Source of the DNA: Octopus sinensis
Taxonomy: Eukaryota
Direction: 5' to 3'
Assembly (NCBI RefSeq): GCF_006345805.1
Contig: NC_042998.1
Coordinates: 166,656,001-166,720,000 of the forward strand
Length of the DNA stretch: 64,000 nt
Made by a program: the position numbers and the translations under genes. Shown here in pieces: positions 50,791 to 64,000 of this stretch; position 1 is the first letter of the stretch, and every line of letters starts with the position of its first letter. The notes under the pieces were generated by a model, which saw only the letters and a list, made by a program, of their open reading frames with translations, had not been told where the DNA came from and ran no database searches.

Positions 50791-52496
50791 TACAACGCAA
50801 TGTGTCCATTATTCTATCAATTGAAACCCCGCTACCCGTGCTTTAAATCATTTCAAATAATTGTGAAATAAAGTGGAAGGCTTATCTTCTAATACGAAAG
50901 ATACATTTTAAATATCTAATGGTTTTACAGGAATCTACTGGAATCTTTCAATGTACAGACATGAACACTTCCAAAATATGTGCTTGAAAAGTGGCCTGGC
51001 TGAGAAATTAAGATAGAGAAGTGGCGTTACTTACAGGATTTAATAGTGGTGATAGAGGTGAAGCTAATTAAGAGAGCTGTCTGTCATGGCAGCTATGAAG
51101 TGACGGTAACATTATGGTTTCCACAGGTGATGGTGATGATGATATAGAAGAGAAAAGCAAATATGTTTTAGGAGCGATAGCCTGGACAAATGTGATGCCA
51201 GTGGGAGTAGTAATAGTCTGAAAACAGATATTTGGGGCCAGTGAAGATATGTTTTTCTTGTTAGTGATGCTGCTGGCGATGATAATGGGGGCAGGAGTGT
51301 TGATAGCTATGTTGTGGTTGTCACCATTTTGACAAAGGTGATGATAATGGAGTTTGTTATAGCCTAGTAGGTCTAAAGCTGATTGTGGTGATATTAAAGA
51401 AGATAATAGTGATGTTGAAAGATGATAATGGCAATATAGACGTTAGTGGGAGAGTAAATGGTAGTGGTGGGGATGATGGCTGTAGAATGCGAGGGTTTGG
51501 TCGTCATCATTGTCAGGATTAGTGGTGATGCTGATAGTAGTGGTGGTATTGGTAAAGGGCGTTGTTGTGGGGTAGGTAGTAGTGGTATGGTACGGGTGGT
51601 TGTCGTCTAGGGGTTTGGAAGTGTTGGTGTATGGGCATGTTGATGTGATGGCGGTGATAGCATTGAAGAATAATAAAATACGGATATTTAAATAAAGGGC
51701 ACCAGCGAAAAAGAAAAGCGAGGAAATTATCAATTAGTGGTCAAATAGAATCTCTTCTTTCAATACATGACACAACTGTTGGTTTAATTAAGTTTAAGAG
51801 GTTCAAGTTTCTATGTCGTTTCAAGCCGAGAAGAGAACCTGATATAGTTAGTAATGCTGTAAGACTTGAAGAAAAAAAAAAAGAAAAAAACGAAAATCCC
51901 GATATTTTTCTTCTTCAGATTGACTTCTTTTAGCAAGTGTCAGTTCCATACAAGCCCGCTGTTTTAAGTGTTTTAATTAAGCAGCTGTTTAGTCCTTTAT
52001 CAAGTTAAGAAATAAATAAAACTCAAAAATAATTAGGCTACGCACAACCTGTTACTATATATGGGGGAATCTATCTTTTACCTTTTTTTTGCTTTTTTGT
52101 GCGAGGTAAGAGGAGTTTACATAGGGAGCAAAAAAGACAAAGGTATATTGTTTATACTAAATACCAAAAAGAATAATGCCTGTGTTAGATGTTTGGGAAC
52201 ATGTGGAAACTATATCTCACATCGTCGGTGGGTCTATTAATTTAATGTGTGGGTTTATACGTGACTCTGTTTACATTCGCGGGTGAATTTATGTCCTCCG
52301 TATGTTATCCATTTAGTATCTGAATATATTATTACATGGGTGAAAGAGTTTGCCCCATTCTTAATCGAAAGTATTTTGTTTTTAAATATTTATTTCACGG
52401 ATATACAGGAACAAAATAAAAAATTCTGTTCAAACAGTTCAACATAACAGTTGGACTTCGTTATAAGTTGAGTAAATAATTTTAGTATGGATGAAA

Positions 52497-53060
52497 GGCG
52501 GCGAGCTGATAGAAACATTAGCACGCCGGACGAAATGCTTAGCGGTATTTCCTCTGCCGTTAAGTTCTGAGTTCAAATTCCGCCGAGGTCGACTTTACCT
52601 TTCATCCTTTCGGGGTCGATAAATTAAGTACCAGTTATGCACTGGGGTCGATGTAATCGACTTAATACCTATGTCTGTCCTTGTTTGTCCCCTCTATGTT
52701 TAGCCCCTTGTGGGTAATAAAGAAATAGGTATTTCGTCTGCCGTTAAGTTCTGAGTTCAAATTCCTCCGAGCTCGACTTTGCCTTTCATCCTTTCGGGGT
52801 CGATAAATTAAGTACCAGTTACGCACTGAGGTCGATGTATTCGACTTAATCCGTTTGTCTGTCCTTGTTTGTCCCCTCTGTGTTTAGCCCCTTGTGGGTA
52901 ATAAAGAAATAGTTATTTCGTCTGTCGTCATGTTCTGAGTTAAAATCCGCCGAGGTCGATTTTTGCCTTTCATCCTTTCGGTGTCGTTAAATTAAGTACC
53001 AGTTGCGTACTGGAGTCGATCTAATCGATTGGGCCCCTCCCCCAAAATTTTTACAAAACT
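52497..53060 (+). mobile_element. Head-to-tail SINE family A trimer, 184-bp period
   Basis: Units 52545-52728, 52729-52912 and 52913 onward. Confidence 0.92.
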
Positions 53061-53394
53061 TTCTTCAATAATTACCAATGTAAGGGGCTTAACGTCCGCT
53101 TCGTACAGAATAGAACATTTTGTTGCTCTTTGATGGCACCCACACGTACTGAGGAAAATATATCTGTGTACCGAGAATTTCTCCTTCAACCTACCATATG
53201 AGGATTATCTTGTCTTATCTAATGGCATTGTATTGTTCGGTCTTAGTTTATTGTGCCTATGTAATACTTTTGACAGTAAAATATATAAGATTTGAGAATC
53301 ATTTGGCGATTTAGCTGCAATTTCTTATGAACTTCTTTTCCCGCCTACGTTTTGACTCCCACCAGAATCTAAAGGACCAGACTGGAGAGTGGAG

Positions 53395-55385
53395 GGCAGT
53401 GAGCTGGCAGAATAGTTACCGCACCGAATTAAATGCATTTCGCTCGTCTTCATGTTTCGAGTTCAAATTTCGGCGAGGCTGACTTTGCCTTCATTCTTTC
53501 AAGGTCAATAAAATAATTACCAGCTGAGCACTGGGGTCAATGCAAAAATTGTGCCAAAATTGGAAACCTTTATTAAGGCGGCGAAATGCAGTGAGCTGCC
53601 AGAGTCATTAGCATGCTGGGCAAAATGCTTAGCAGCATTTCGCCCGTCTTTACGTTCTGAGTTCAAATTCCGACGTGGTTGACTTTGCCTTTCAGCCTTT
53701 CGGAGTCGATAAAATAAGTACCAGTTGAAAACTGGAGTCGATGTAAATCGACTTACCCTCTCCCCCGAAATCGCTGGCCTTGTGCCAAAAAATTGAAAGT
53801 AATATTAAGGCGGAGAGTTGGCAGAATCGCTAGCGCGCCGGGCAAAATAATTAGCGGCATTTCGTCCGTCTTTACCTTATGAATTCATATTCCGCCAGGG
53901 CCGAAATTGACGGCTTTGTGCCAGAATTTTGAAATCAACATTATTAAGGCGGCGAAATGGCACAATTTTTGGCGCATTAGTGGAATTTTTTCCGGCACAT
54001 AACGTTTCTCAGTTCAAATACTGCCGAAGTCAGCTTTGTCTTTCATCTTTTCGGGGTCGGTAAATAAAGTACCAGTTTTATGCCAAGATTGAAGAAATCC
54101 CCTACCCCTAATCCCTTCCACTAACCCCTTCCCCTGAAATTGCTGATGTGGCTGTGTGGTAAGAAGCTTGTTTCCCAACCACATGATTCCGGGTTCAGTC
54201 TCACTGGGCGACATCTTGAGCAAGTGTCTTATATTATAGCCACGGGCGGACCAAAGCTTTGAGTGGATTTGGTAGATAGAAGAAACTGAACGAAGCCCGT
54301 TGTATATTTATATGTGTGAGCACTCACACAACGTACCCATCAATTTAGATCACCAATGACCTAAACCCTCCCTATTTTGTGTGCGTGTGCGTCTATGCGA
54401 GTATATCTTCGTGTCTATGTTTTTCCCGCCTCATCACCGCTTGATAACTGGTGATGGTGTGTTACAATTCGTTAAAAAAAGACCGATAGAATAAACATTT
54501 GGCTTAATGGATAAATCCTGAAGGTCAATCTGTTCAACTAAAACCTTCAAGGCAGTGCCCCGGCATGACCGCTGTCAAATGACAGAAAGGAAGAAAAGAA
54601 TAAAATAATTATGTCAAAATTTGAAGAGATAGCAAAATTGTGGACAAAGTACTCAGTGGCATTTCTTCCGATTTCTTGACATTTTGAGTCCATGTCCCGT
54701 CAAGGTTTACTTCAGCTTTCATCCTTTCAGGTTGATAAAATATACTCTTTTCTACTCTAGGCACAAGGCTCGAAATTTTGGGAGAGGGGCCCAGTCAATC
54801 AGATCGACCCCGCCCCAGTACGCAACTGGTACTTACTTTATTGAACCCCAAAGGACGAAAGGCAAAAATTGATCTCGGAAGAATTTGAACTCAGAACGCA
54901 AAGACAGGCGAACTGCTGCTACGCATTTTGCCCAGCGTGCTAAGGTTTCTGCCTGCTCGCCGCCTTTAAACAATTCAAGATAAAAGAACATTCTTTTCTA
55001 CTCTAGGCACAAGACCTGAACATTTTGGAGAGGGGCCCAATCGATTAGATCGACCCAGTACACAACTGGTACTTTATTGACACCGAAAGGAGGAAAGGCA
55101 AAGTCAACCTCGGCGGATTTGAGCTCAGAACGTAAAGGCAGACGAAATACCTATTTCTTTACTACCCACAATGGGCTAAACACAGAGGAGGACAAACAAC
55201 GACAGACAAACGGACTAAGTCGATTATGTCGACGCCAGTGCGTAACTGGTACATATTTAATCGACCCCGAAAGGATAAAAGGCAAAGTCAACCTCGGTGG
55301 AATTTGAACTCAGAACGTAACGGCAGACGAAATACGGCTACGCATTTCGCCCAGCGTGCTAACGTTTCTGCCAGCTCGCTGCCTT
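53395..55385. mobile_element. Dense SINE cluster (family A plus and minus copies, one family B at about 54145-54600)
   Basis: Repeated family motifs. Confidence 0.85.
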
Positions 55386-56574
55386 GTTAATAAACTATAA
55401 TACCAGTAAAGTATTTGAGTCGATGCAATCGATTCGGACCCTCCTCTTAAAAACCGCTGCCCTTGTTCCAAAAAGAAGATTAAGTAGGTTCAGCCTTTTA
55501 TGAAAAGCACGCACTGACTATCACACACACACCCACACACGTTTACTTCTATTCTGTAGTAAGATTTATGGAGGCAGTTTAATTACTGCATATACTTGAA
55601 CAATATCTTATACGTTATGGCAATGGATTTTAAGCACGTTGCATTAGTAGCTATATACTTTCATATTCCAATTAATAGCTATACACCTTAAGTTTCAATT
55701 AACAGGTTAATTGGTAACGGCTACTTTACTTCAAAATATTATCCATTTTACCTTTCTTCTTTTTTTATCTTTTACTTCTTTCGGTTATTAGGCAGCAGTC
55801 ATGCTGGGGCACCGCCTTGAAGAGGTCAGTAAAAGAAATCAACCCCCAATATTTATTCTTCTTAAGCCTGGTACCTTTTCTATTGAGCTCTTTTGCTGAA
55901 TTCTAATTTACGGGATCATCTACATACCATCACCAGTTGTCAAAGAGTGGTGTGGGACAAGCATAAACACAAACGCTCATGCACACACACACATGCACAC
56001 ACACGTGTGTAGGAGGCGTATAAGAAAGAGGTACCCAACGCATTTAGTAGGAGTTACATATATTATTTAAAACAGTTTGATTCGGCTCCAATCATTTACC
56101 CACTTGCAGCCTCTTCAAAGCTTTGTGACTAACTCACGGTTAACAGTTCTATAATAGTCACCTCGCAAGTTACATTTTGGCATAAAAATAATGAAATTTG
56201 GTTACATTAAAATATATGTGGTCCAAAAGGATAGAGTAAGGCGAAAAATCGAGTTTGAATCAAAGTAACTTTCTTATTTTAAAAGCAAACTATATTTTAT
56301 TTAAGCTTAAAGGATAGAACGAAACGAGAAGAATCTAAATATGTCAATTTTATCGAAAGAATCTTTAATATAATGAAGTTGTGAAGCCAAAACGTAACGC
56401 CTCTAGTTGACTTACACTTTCTTAATTTCAAAGCAATCTATATTTTATTTCAGCTCAAATGATAAATCAAAATGAGAGTAAATCTAAAAATGCTAATTCT
56501 ATGCAATGAAATTTTATAGTGACTAAAAAATGTAAGTCACGCTAGGCCTTGTGCCTATAATAGAAAGGATAATA

Positions 56575-56625
56575 TAAACTATATATATATGTATATATAT
56601 ATATATAATATATATATATATAATA

Positions 56626-56670
<45 letters not shown>

Positions 56671-56674
56671 ATAT

Positions 56675-56711
<37 letters not shown>

Positions 56712-56737
56712 TATATGTATATATATATGTATGTATA

Positions 56738-56781
<44 letters not shown>

Positions 56782-56800
56782 CATACATATATATATATAC

Positions 56801-56831
<31 letters not shown>

Positions 56832-56836
56832 CAAGC

Positions 56837-56880
<44 letters not shown>
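56575..56880. repeat. Long (TA)n/(TG)n microsatellite
   Basis: Read directly; similar tracts at about 2390-2760, 6490-6740, 13620-13740 and 39970-40170. Confidence 0.95.
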
Positions 56881-56885
<5 letters not shown>

Positions 56886-57294
56886 TCCTAATGATTTATT
56901 GTGTATTTGTGTGTGTGTTTAACTGTCAGAGATACATGATCTAGGATTCTTAAAGCAGACCCCTCTGATGCCAAAGGAAGTCTTATTTATTGTTAATTCA
57001 TATGCTTCATAAACTCCATTAACATAATCATTTCATTTATTACTTTTCGGTATGACCTAATTCTATTGTCAATGAGCTTAGCGCGACACAGGTATCTTAG
57101 ATTATGGTGTATACATATCTAAGTGTGTAAAAATCATAGTGAGTGTAAATCTATATGTAAATCTATATGTGTGTTTATGTGTGTATATGTAAATATATAT
57201 ATGCACACAGATATACACGTATGCATGTATATACACACACACATGCATAGGTATGTATGTTTGTGCAGTGAAAGCGTACGATAGCGAGAAAGAC

Positions 57295-57351
<57 letters not shown>

Positions 57352-57419
57352 CTAAAACAGACAGCCAGACAAACAGACAGACAGAGAAGAACAGTTTATC
57401 TCTATGCATGTATTACTGA

Positions 57420-58910
57420 AAAGTAGAGAATTGACAGACGTTAGCACACCGGATATAACGCTTAGCGGCATTTCGTCCGTCTTCACGTTTTGAGTTCAAA
57501 TTCCACCGAAGTCGATTTTTCCCTTCGTTGTTTAAGGGTCGATAAAATATGTACTAGCCAAGTACTGAGGTTGAGGTAATTGATACCCCCTCCCCTCCAA
57601 AATTAATGGCCCTGTATCAAAATATGAAAATGGTATTGGTTAGGCCAAACGGCGGTAACCTGGTAGAATCGTCAGCACGCGGGACAAAATGCTCAGCGGC
57701 ATTTCGACCGTCTTTACGTTCTGGGTTCAAAGTAGGTTGAGGTTGCCTTTATCTTTCATCCTTTCGAGGTCGATAAATAAGTACCAGTTGAGCACTGAGA
57801 TTGATGTAATCGACTAACACCTCACCACAAAATTTCAGGCTTTGTGTCTGTAACAGAAAGATCTTGATGTTTCATTTATGAGCATTACTTTACCAGGGTC
57901 CTTCGATATTTCAAAATTGACACAATTTACGAATTAGAGGAAAGGCAAAACTACATCCCGGGAAAGGTAATTGTAATAAAAAGAATGCAAATAGCAACAT
58001 GCTACACTAATTCATTAGAAATAAATAAAGTTTGTATGTCTTCGATGTAATTAGAAAATTTATTTCAGAGGCAAACTGTGGATCGCAAGACCTGAATTGC
58101 TCTCCCCACCTTGAATTTTTATAGTAGTGCGGCCTGCATAATGATGAGTCCTATCTTATGCGGCCCGATTCTCGAAAAAGGTTATCTATGCCTGATCTAG
58201 AACAAGACGCTAATGTAATACATAACGTAAAACTAAATATCGGAAACTTCATCTGTTTCTAAAATGGGCATTTGATTTCCTAAACGCCCACCATCATTAC
58301 CAAGTCGAATGGATGTGACTCAAGATGAGAAAAGACCGAACATTTGAAACGTCGCTTCGTCATGTAAGCTTTATTAGTATCAAAATATAACACAAACTAT
58401 TTGTAGGTCTTACCAAAAATATTTAGAAACGACAGTGAAAATAATTTCTTCATTCCTGTCAACATCAAAAAATTTAAAATACAGCAATAAATACTAGATG
58501 CAACTATTTAATAAGAAAAGAAACGTCCGGTGAATGACATAAGTAAAGGATTACGACACATTATTTTCATCGATTTTTCTTAAAATGTCGAACTATCTCT
58601 GGAGGGTGCTTAAAATGTCGAACTATCTCTGGAGATGAGTCTGGAATCAGGAATTGCTGGGGTTTTTTTCTAGGTATTAATATTGCACAACACTAAGGCG
58701 ACGAAGTGGCAGAGTCGTTAGCCTTCCAGGAAAATTGCTTAGCGGCATTTCGTCCGTCTTTAAGGTCTGCGTTCAAATTATGCTGAGGTCGACTTTGCCT
58801 TTCTTCCTTTGAGGGTAGTTGAAATAAGTACCTGTTGAACACTGGAATCCATGTAATCGACTTGGCCCCGCCCCCCGAATTGATACCTTGTGTTAAAATT
58901 TGAAGCCAAT
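57420..58910 (+). mobile_element. Three diverged SINE family A copies (about 57420, 57645, 58695)
   Basis: Family core motifs. Confidence 0.8.
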
Positions 58911-58965
58911 ATTATTTTCCTGCTTAAGCTCGCTGATAATCATTTTACTCTATTGATACCCATAG

Positions 58966-59017
58966 ATCGAAATAGAAATTTACCCCATCGCAGGTTTGTT
59001 GTTCAACAGAAACAAAC
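58966..59017 (+). CDS. Candidate 52-nt internal exon of an unidentified host gene
   Basis: Pyrimidine-rich acceptor ..ttttactctattgatacccatAG and consensus donor GTAAGT at 59018; two open frames (DRNRNLPHRRFVVQQKQT or IEIEIYPIAGLLFNRNK); no homology recognised. Confidence 0.3.
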
Positions 59018-60814
59018 GTAAGTATGGTAATTTAATTCTACCCTCTACAATTACGGCACCAACACATTGCAGTTAGTGCTGGTCCATAGTAACTTCAAGT
59101 TACCAAATTCTGACTGAAGAACCAGCCGTTTTGTCATCAGAACTGTAACGTGTTCAGTTTCTTAAACATATAGGATATAAAACTCTGTTACCTTTCTTTT
59201 ATTTTCCTCCTGTCATCTTGAGCCTCACAAAGGATTTTCGAAACTTTAGATTCTCCACTCCCCTCGGCAATTTCACCATATTCCTTCTGTCGCTTTTTTT
59301 CCTTTCAAAATAACTTAATTCTTAAACTACTCAGATAAACCATGTTACCAATAATAAAAACCGAGTGGGGGCCACTGAATATACTTAGATTATTCGTTAG
59401 TTTGCAATGCTAAATTCAAATTTATCGTGGTTATAATATGATTTGTCTTAGATATATACACTATACGGAGACATTTCGACTGGTGACAATACTTTATGGG
59501 ACATAACATAACCAATATTGACTCTGGCACCTTTTAAAATTTTATTGTGCGTGCATGTGCCCAACTACTGGCATTTATGCACACATGCAGTCTGTAATCT
59601 GAGAGAAGAGGGCTTAAATGATGCCATAACTTGCCTAAGGTAATTCGAAAAACTAGTGAGAGGAAGGTGGTTACTCGCATTTTCCTATTTTGGCTGGCGT
59701 CTTACTTCTCCATACTCTTCTTTATATTTGTATTATCTTTTTCTCTTTATCTCCCCAATTTTTCTCAGTTTTACATTTTTTTTTACTTTTTAGCGGGAAA
59801 CGTTGACATCGAAACAAACGAAAACTTTCTCAATTTCTTTCTGTCCTTTCTCCTTTCTTTCTGTCTGTATCTCCCTGATCATTCTACCTCCTCTCATCTA
59901 TCTCCATGTTTGTCTGATATATGTATATCTAACTATCTGTCTTTGTCTTGTCTGTCTCATCTTCCTTTCATATTCCCTCTCTCTCTCTCATTCTCTTTTT
60001 CTCTTTTTTTTTTTTTTTTTTTACTCTCTTACGTACCCACTCTCTTTTGTAAAACTTACCCCGTACCACTTGCTTGCTTTCCAACCCATACCTAACTAAC
60101 TTGACACATCGTGGGAAACAGGGCAGATAACCTTATTTTGTACTAATCGTTTTAGTTGTTGTTATGATTGCAGTGTTTGCTATTATTACTTGCTGTTTCT
60201 GTTACTGCTGCTGCAGCTGCTGTTGGTGCTATTGCAGAAGTTTCTGACACCATGTCACAGCAGCTTCTACTGCTGCTTCTACCCCTGCTGCTGATACCGA
60301 TGCTAACAGTACAATTGCTAATATTGTCATATTTACGAGGGCATGCCGCTAGTTCAACTATCGCTGTTAAATTTTATAGCAACTGTTTCCTATTCTTTTT
60401 TTTAAATAAAAGTTCTTTTATTGTATTCTTGCTTTAAAGTCGACAACCAATTATAACGCCCAAACTTTTTTTGTATTAAATTTATTTCTACTTGCAGGCA
60501 TGCATGCATACTTGCATACATATATACCTTACGTACTCATAAATGTACTTGTAAATACAGACTCAAGAATAACATACATACACACATGTGTGCGTATGCG
60601 CGTAAAGACAGATAGAACAGGAGGAGGCGGGCATTAGCATGTCAGTATAAGGATTTCTCTCAGTTTATGGGTTCCCAAGGGGGTATACATGTGTTTTAGA
60701 AGAAGAGTGGGGAGAGGGGATAATTATTTGTGTATGTGCAACTGTGTTTAGAAATACAAAAGTATGAATAACTCTTCCTTTCTGCATATACATGCATGTC
60801 TGTGAGTTTGCACA

Positions 60815-61180
60815 GGCGTGGCTGGGTGATAAGACGTTTGCTTCTCAACCACATGGTTCCGGGTTCACTTCTGGGCAGATGTTTTCTACAATAGCCTTGG
60901 GTCGTCCAAAGCCTTGTGTGTGGACTGGATAGACAGAAAGCTGAGACAAGACCATCATATATATTATACGTGTGTTGTGTGTGTTACCCTCTTCCTCTTG
61001 ACAACCGATGTTGGTGTGTTTACGCTCACATAATTCAACGGTTTGGCAAAAGAGGCCTATAGAAGAAGTACTAAGCTTTAGAAAATAAGTATTGGGGTTG
61101 ATTCATTCGACTAAAAGTTCTTCCAGGCGGTGCCCCAGCATATCTACAATCAAAAGACAAAAACAAGTGGAAGATAAAAT
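60815..61180 (+). mobile_element. SINE family B (second head at about 61620-61755)
   Basis: Head, body and tail motifs. Confidence 0.8.
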
Positions 61181-62049
61181 GTAAAAGATTATATATATAT
61201 ATATATATTGTATATGTGTATATGTATATATTTATGTGCATATGTATATATATTAATGCGAGTTTATGTGGTTGTATACGTTTGTGTTTTTTTGTAGGTG
61301 TATAATGTTTATATTTACACGTCACATATTTCAGTGTGTGTACGCGTGTGTGCATATGAATATAAATACTTTACATTTTATAGGGCTTTCTATTTCTGTG
61401 AACATGTCTGTTTGATGAGTTTGCTGCTTACCTCCTTCCTAATGAGATTGGTGCATTGCTTGATCATAATTTATCCTGTCGAACATTTTGCAGTGCGTCG
61501 AAACATATGTAGAATTCAAGATATAAATGGTTTAACGACATCCCGAGAGTTCGTCTGTATATATGTATATATACATATACATGTAAGTACGAAGATGTAT
61601 ACGCACAAACATAACCGTTGGCGTGGCTGTGTGGTAAGTGTGGTAAGAAGTTCGGTTTCATCCACATGATTTCGTGTTCGCTCTCACTGTACACCTTGGG
61701 CAAGTCGCTTCTACTACATCAACTAAAACTTGTGAGTGGATTTGGTAAGAAGCCCGTTATATAATTATGTATATATGGTTCAGATATACAGATAACAAAA
61801 GACAGAGGCAGGTGAGGGAACAACAAGCAGGTGTCTGTATGTATAAACATATATATATATATATAAATATCAGGTTGAGTAAAATGTAAGCAACCTTTTG
61901 AACCATGAAGAATTTGTACCTGAGTTTTGCAGAGTTTAAAATTTTTTTTTAAACAATGTTTTTGCAGTTGTCTGATAATACAGACATAGACTTACTCAAA
62001 TGCATCAATAAGTGATATTTTTTTCACCGTTGTTACAGTCATCTCTCTC

Positions 62050-64000
62050 GACTTGTTCGTGTATGTTTGTGCGTTTTTCGAAAAGTTTGGCGTATGTTGT
62101 AATATTTGGATTTAATTGTTGAATTTGCACTGTTGATTTATTACGTTGTTGAACTTTTGAGTGTTTGTTAAACATCTATTTTTCTGCTTGTGGCAGACCT
62201 TTGTTAACGCTTCCTCCTTGTGTGAAGGGGGGGGGGAGAAATATTGTTGTATTTTTCAATAAAAGAAAATAAATGGACAAATCACCTATTAAAACCAAGA
62301 CTACTAGTGAACCTGGTACAAGTGAAGATATCAGAAATGGAGAAAGCAGCACAGTTATAATTAGCGTGCCGACAGGAGAAGAGTTTATTCAAGGAAGAAA
62401 AGCTAGCAACTTTGCAGCAGCGGCCGGTGTCTCAAAAGAGACAATAAATTGTGGAAGCGATGAGCTCGGAAAATATAAAGTGAAACAACGTAGAATGCAC
62501 TGCGGTGCATTGTGATATATAAATCATTTGTGACCAAAGCAAAAAAAATGGATAACGCAAGTAAAGAGGTGGTAGAGCTGTGCCTCCGTCCAGTTTGGAA
62601 CAACATGGCATACATCAGAAGAGGAGTGGAGTATGCCACAATAGAATTCCGTTTTAAAACCGAGGGAAACACAAAACAAGCATCAACGGAGCCATTTAAA
62701 ACTGCGGAGGTGGTTCTCCTACCTACTTAGCTTGGAAGACGGAATTCCAAGATTAAGATAGGAGACATCCCACCCGAAGTAGATTCCGCTTCACTGGTGG
62801 CAGCCATAATAAACGGCTTGGTGGATAAGACCACAATTCCTCAAGCCTCAGTGCTTGGGCTGCAAAACTGGCAGGGGCAAGACCTCAAAATGATTGTACA
62901 GGCTGCTCCGGCTGATTTAGAAAATATTATAGAAACTGTACAGGTGAGGGAGACTAAGCTCCGAGTCATGGTAGAGGGGAGGATGCCTCGTTGCTACAAG
63001 TGCGGTCAAAAAGGTCACATTAGGGCCGAGTGCAAACCTCCTACCGAAAAAGCAGCGACGTCCTCACCTGAAGAAAAACAAACAGAAGCTGCAGGTGAAA
63101 CGCAGGATGAAGCTTCGGAAAATGAAAGAGAGGCAGGGGAGATGGAGGAAGCCCAAGGAGAAAGGTGGGAAATTTTTTCCAGAAGAAAAGAAAAAGACCC
63201 TTCCCATCCAACCCTACTAGCCCGACATAAAAACAAACAAAAAACAAACAGATCACACAACTACAAAAAAAATCCCAGCCCAAAATGTTCTCCACCCATC
63301 TAGACATGGATTATACTGCAGTAGTGACGACTAACAAGTCACTACTGCAGCGACTAAAACACATAGAAAATGCGGCCAACGTAACCAAAGACTACGGGGG
63401 AAAACATCCCTCAAAACATTGCTATTTATAAAATAGACAGAGCCAATTATAACATATTGGCAAATCGATTTAGAAACGACATGGGCCCTCTGAGGAAAGA
63501 CGTTTCCCCACTAATGCTTGAGGGCCTAGTCAATGACACCTCGCAAGCCCCGGACGAAAGACCCCCATCTCAAACTGTAAGTATAACCATTATGGATATT
63601 CTTAATGTAGGGTGTTTGAATGCACGCGGCCTGGAGTCAGATGGAAACAAGGTAGTTTCTTTAATGACCTCGGGTCGCATAGAAGAGATATAGTTGCCAC
63701 AGAATCCAGATGAGTAGTCAGAGACTTTCCCCCCTCCTAAATGGCTAGGAAAAAATTATTTTTCTATGCCTATCTAGAGGAGGGGAAGCACTACTGTACT
63801 GCTCTGGAAAAACCTGGATTTAGAAACAAGAACTATCTTCATCGACCCGGAAGGTATATTGGTGACGTGACGCTAAGCAGGGGTACGGTCTTCAGGCTGG
63901 TAGTTGTCTATGCTCCCTCGGGAACTGGACAGTCTGATTTTTTTCGAGGCCTGGAGAAGTCGCTTGGGACGTCTCACACCATAGTAATGTTAGGTGACTT
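62050..64000 (+). mobile_element. Tx1/L1-like LINE 5' part: disabled ORF1 with CCHC knuckle and start of ORF2 AP endonuclease; runs off the window
   Basis: ORF1 RCYKCGQKGHIRAEC, in-frame TAG at 62728 and a frameshift near 62512. ORF2 MDILNVGCLNARGL ... FRLVVVYAPSG ... IVMLGD gives APE motifs, frameshifted. Confidence 0.9.

Noticed and set aside
50960-51740. Purine-rich region with a Thr/His-rich minus-strand ORF (similar case at 36720-37310)
   Set aside because: Perhaps ancient LINE relics, but the motifs are too decayed to assign.
58135-58200. ATGATGA...CTGA, C/D-box snoRNA-like
   Set aside because: No terminal stem and no recognisable rRNA guide.
58579-58634. 26-bp direct repeat with a 4-bp spacer
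   Set aside because: Simple local tandem duplication.
60168-60437. Signal-peptide-like poly-Ala/Leu ORF
   Set aside because: Degenerate (GCT/CTG)n low-complexity tract with a non-ATG start and no support.

Overview
Eukaryotic, AT-rich, repeat-saturated DNA. The SINE families and microsatellite load look like an Octopus genome, but that is inference from recalled families, not a database match. I cannot support any host protein-coding gene; one short exon candidate lies at 58966-59017. Most listed ORFs are translations of microsatellites. Real content: decayed LINE pieces (Tx1/L1-like, RTE, CRE-like, Penelope-like), hAT MITEs with 8-bp TSDs, Helitron ends and a helicase remnant, a long-TIR MITE with a telomere-like core, three abundant tRNA-derived SINE families (called A, B, C here) and a full-length 5S rRNA copy. 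The best signal is a complete type I hammerhead ribozyme (43285-43348, +) inside an element made of about 1.26 copies of an exactly 500-bp unit (42886-43516), which fits a retrozyme-like element copied from a circular RNA. Other notable items: a minimal hammerhead at 40423-40475, a 5S rRNA joined to a SINE/LINE tail, an ORF1-only LINE derivative, a 5'UTR+3'tail RTE derivative, and SINE multimers that share one junction. Boundaries of decayed repeats are approximate.
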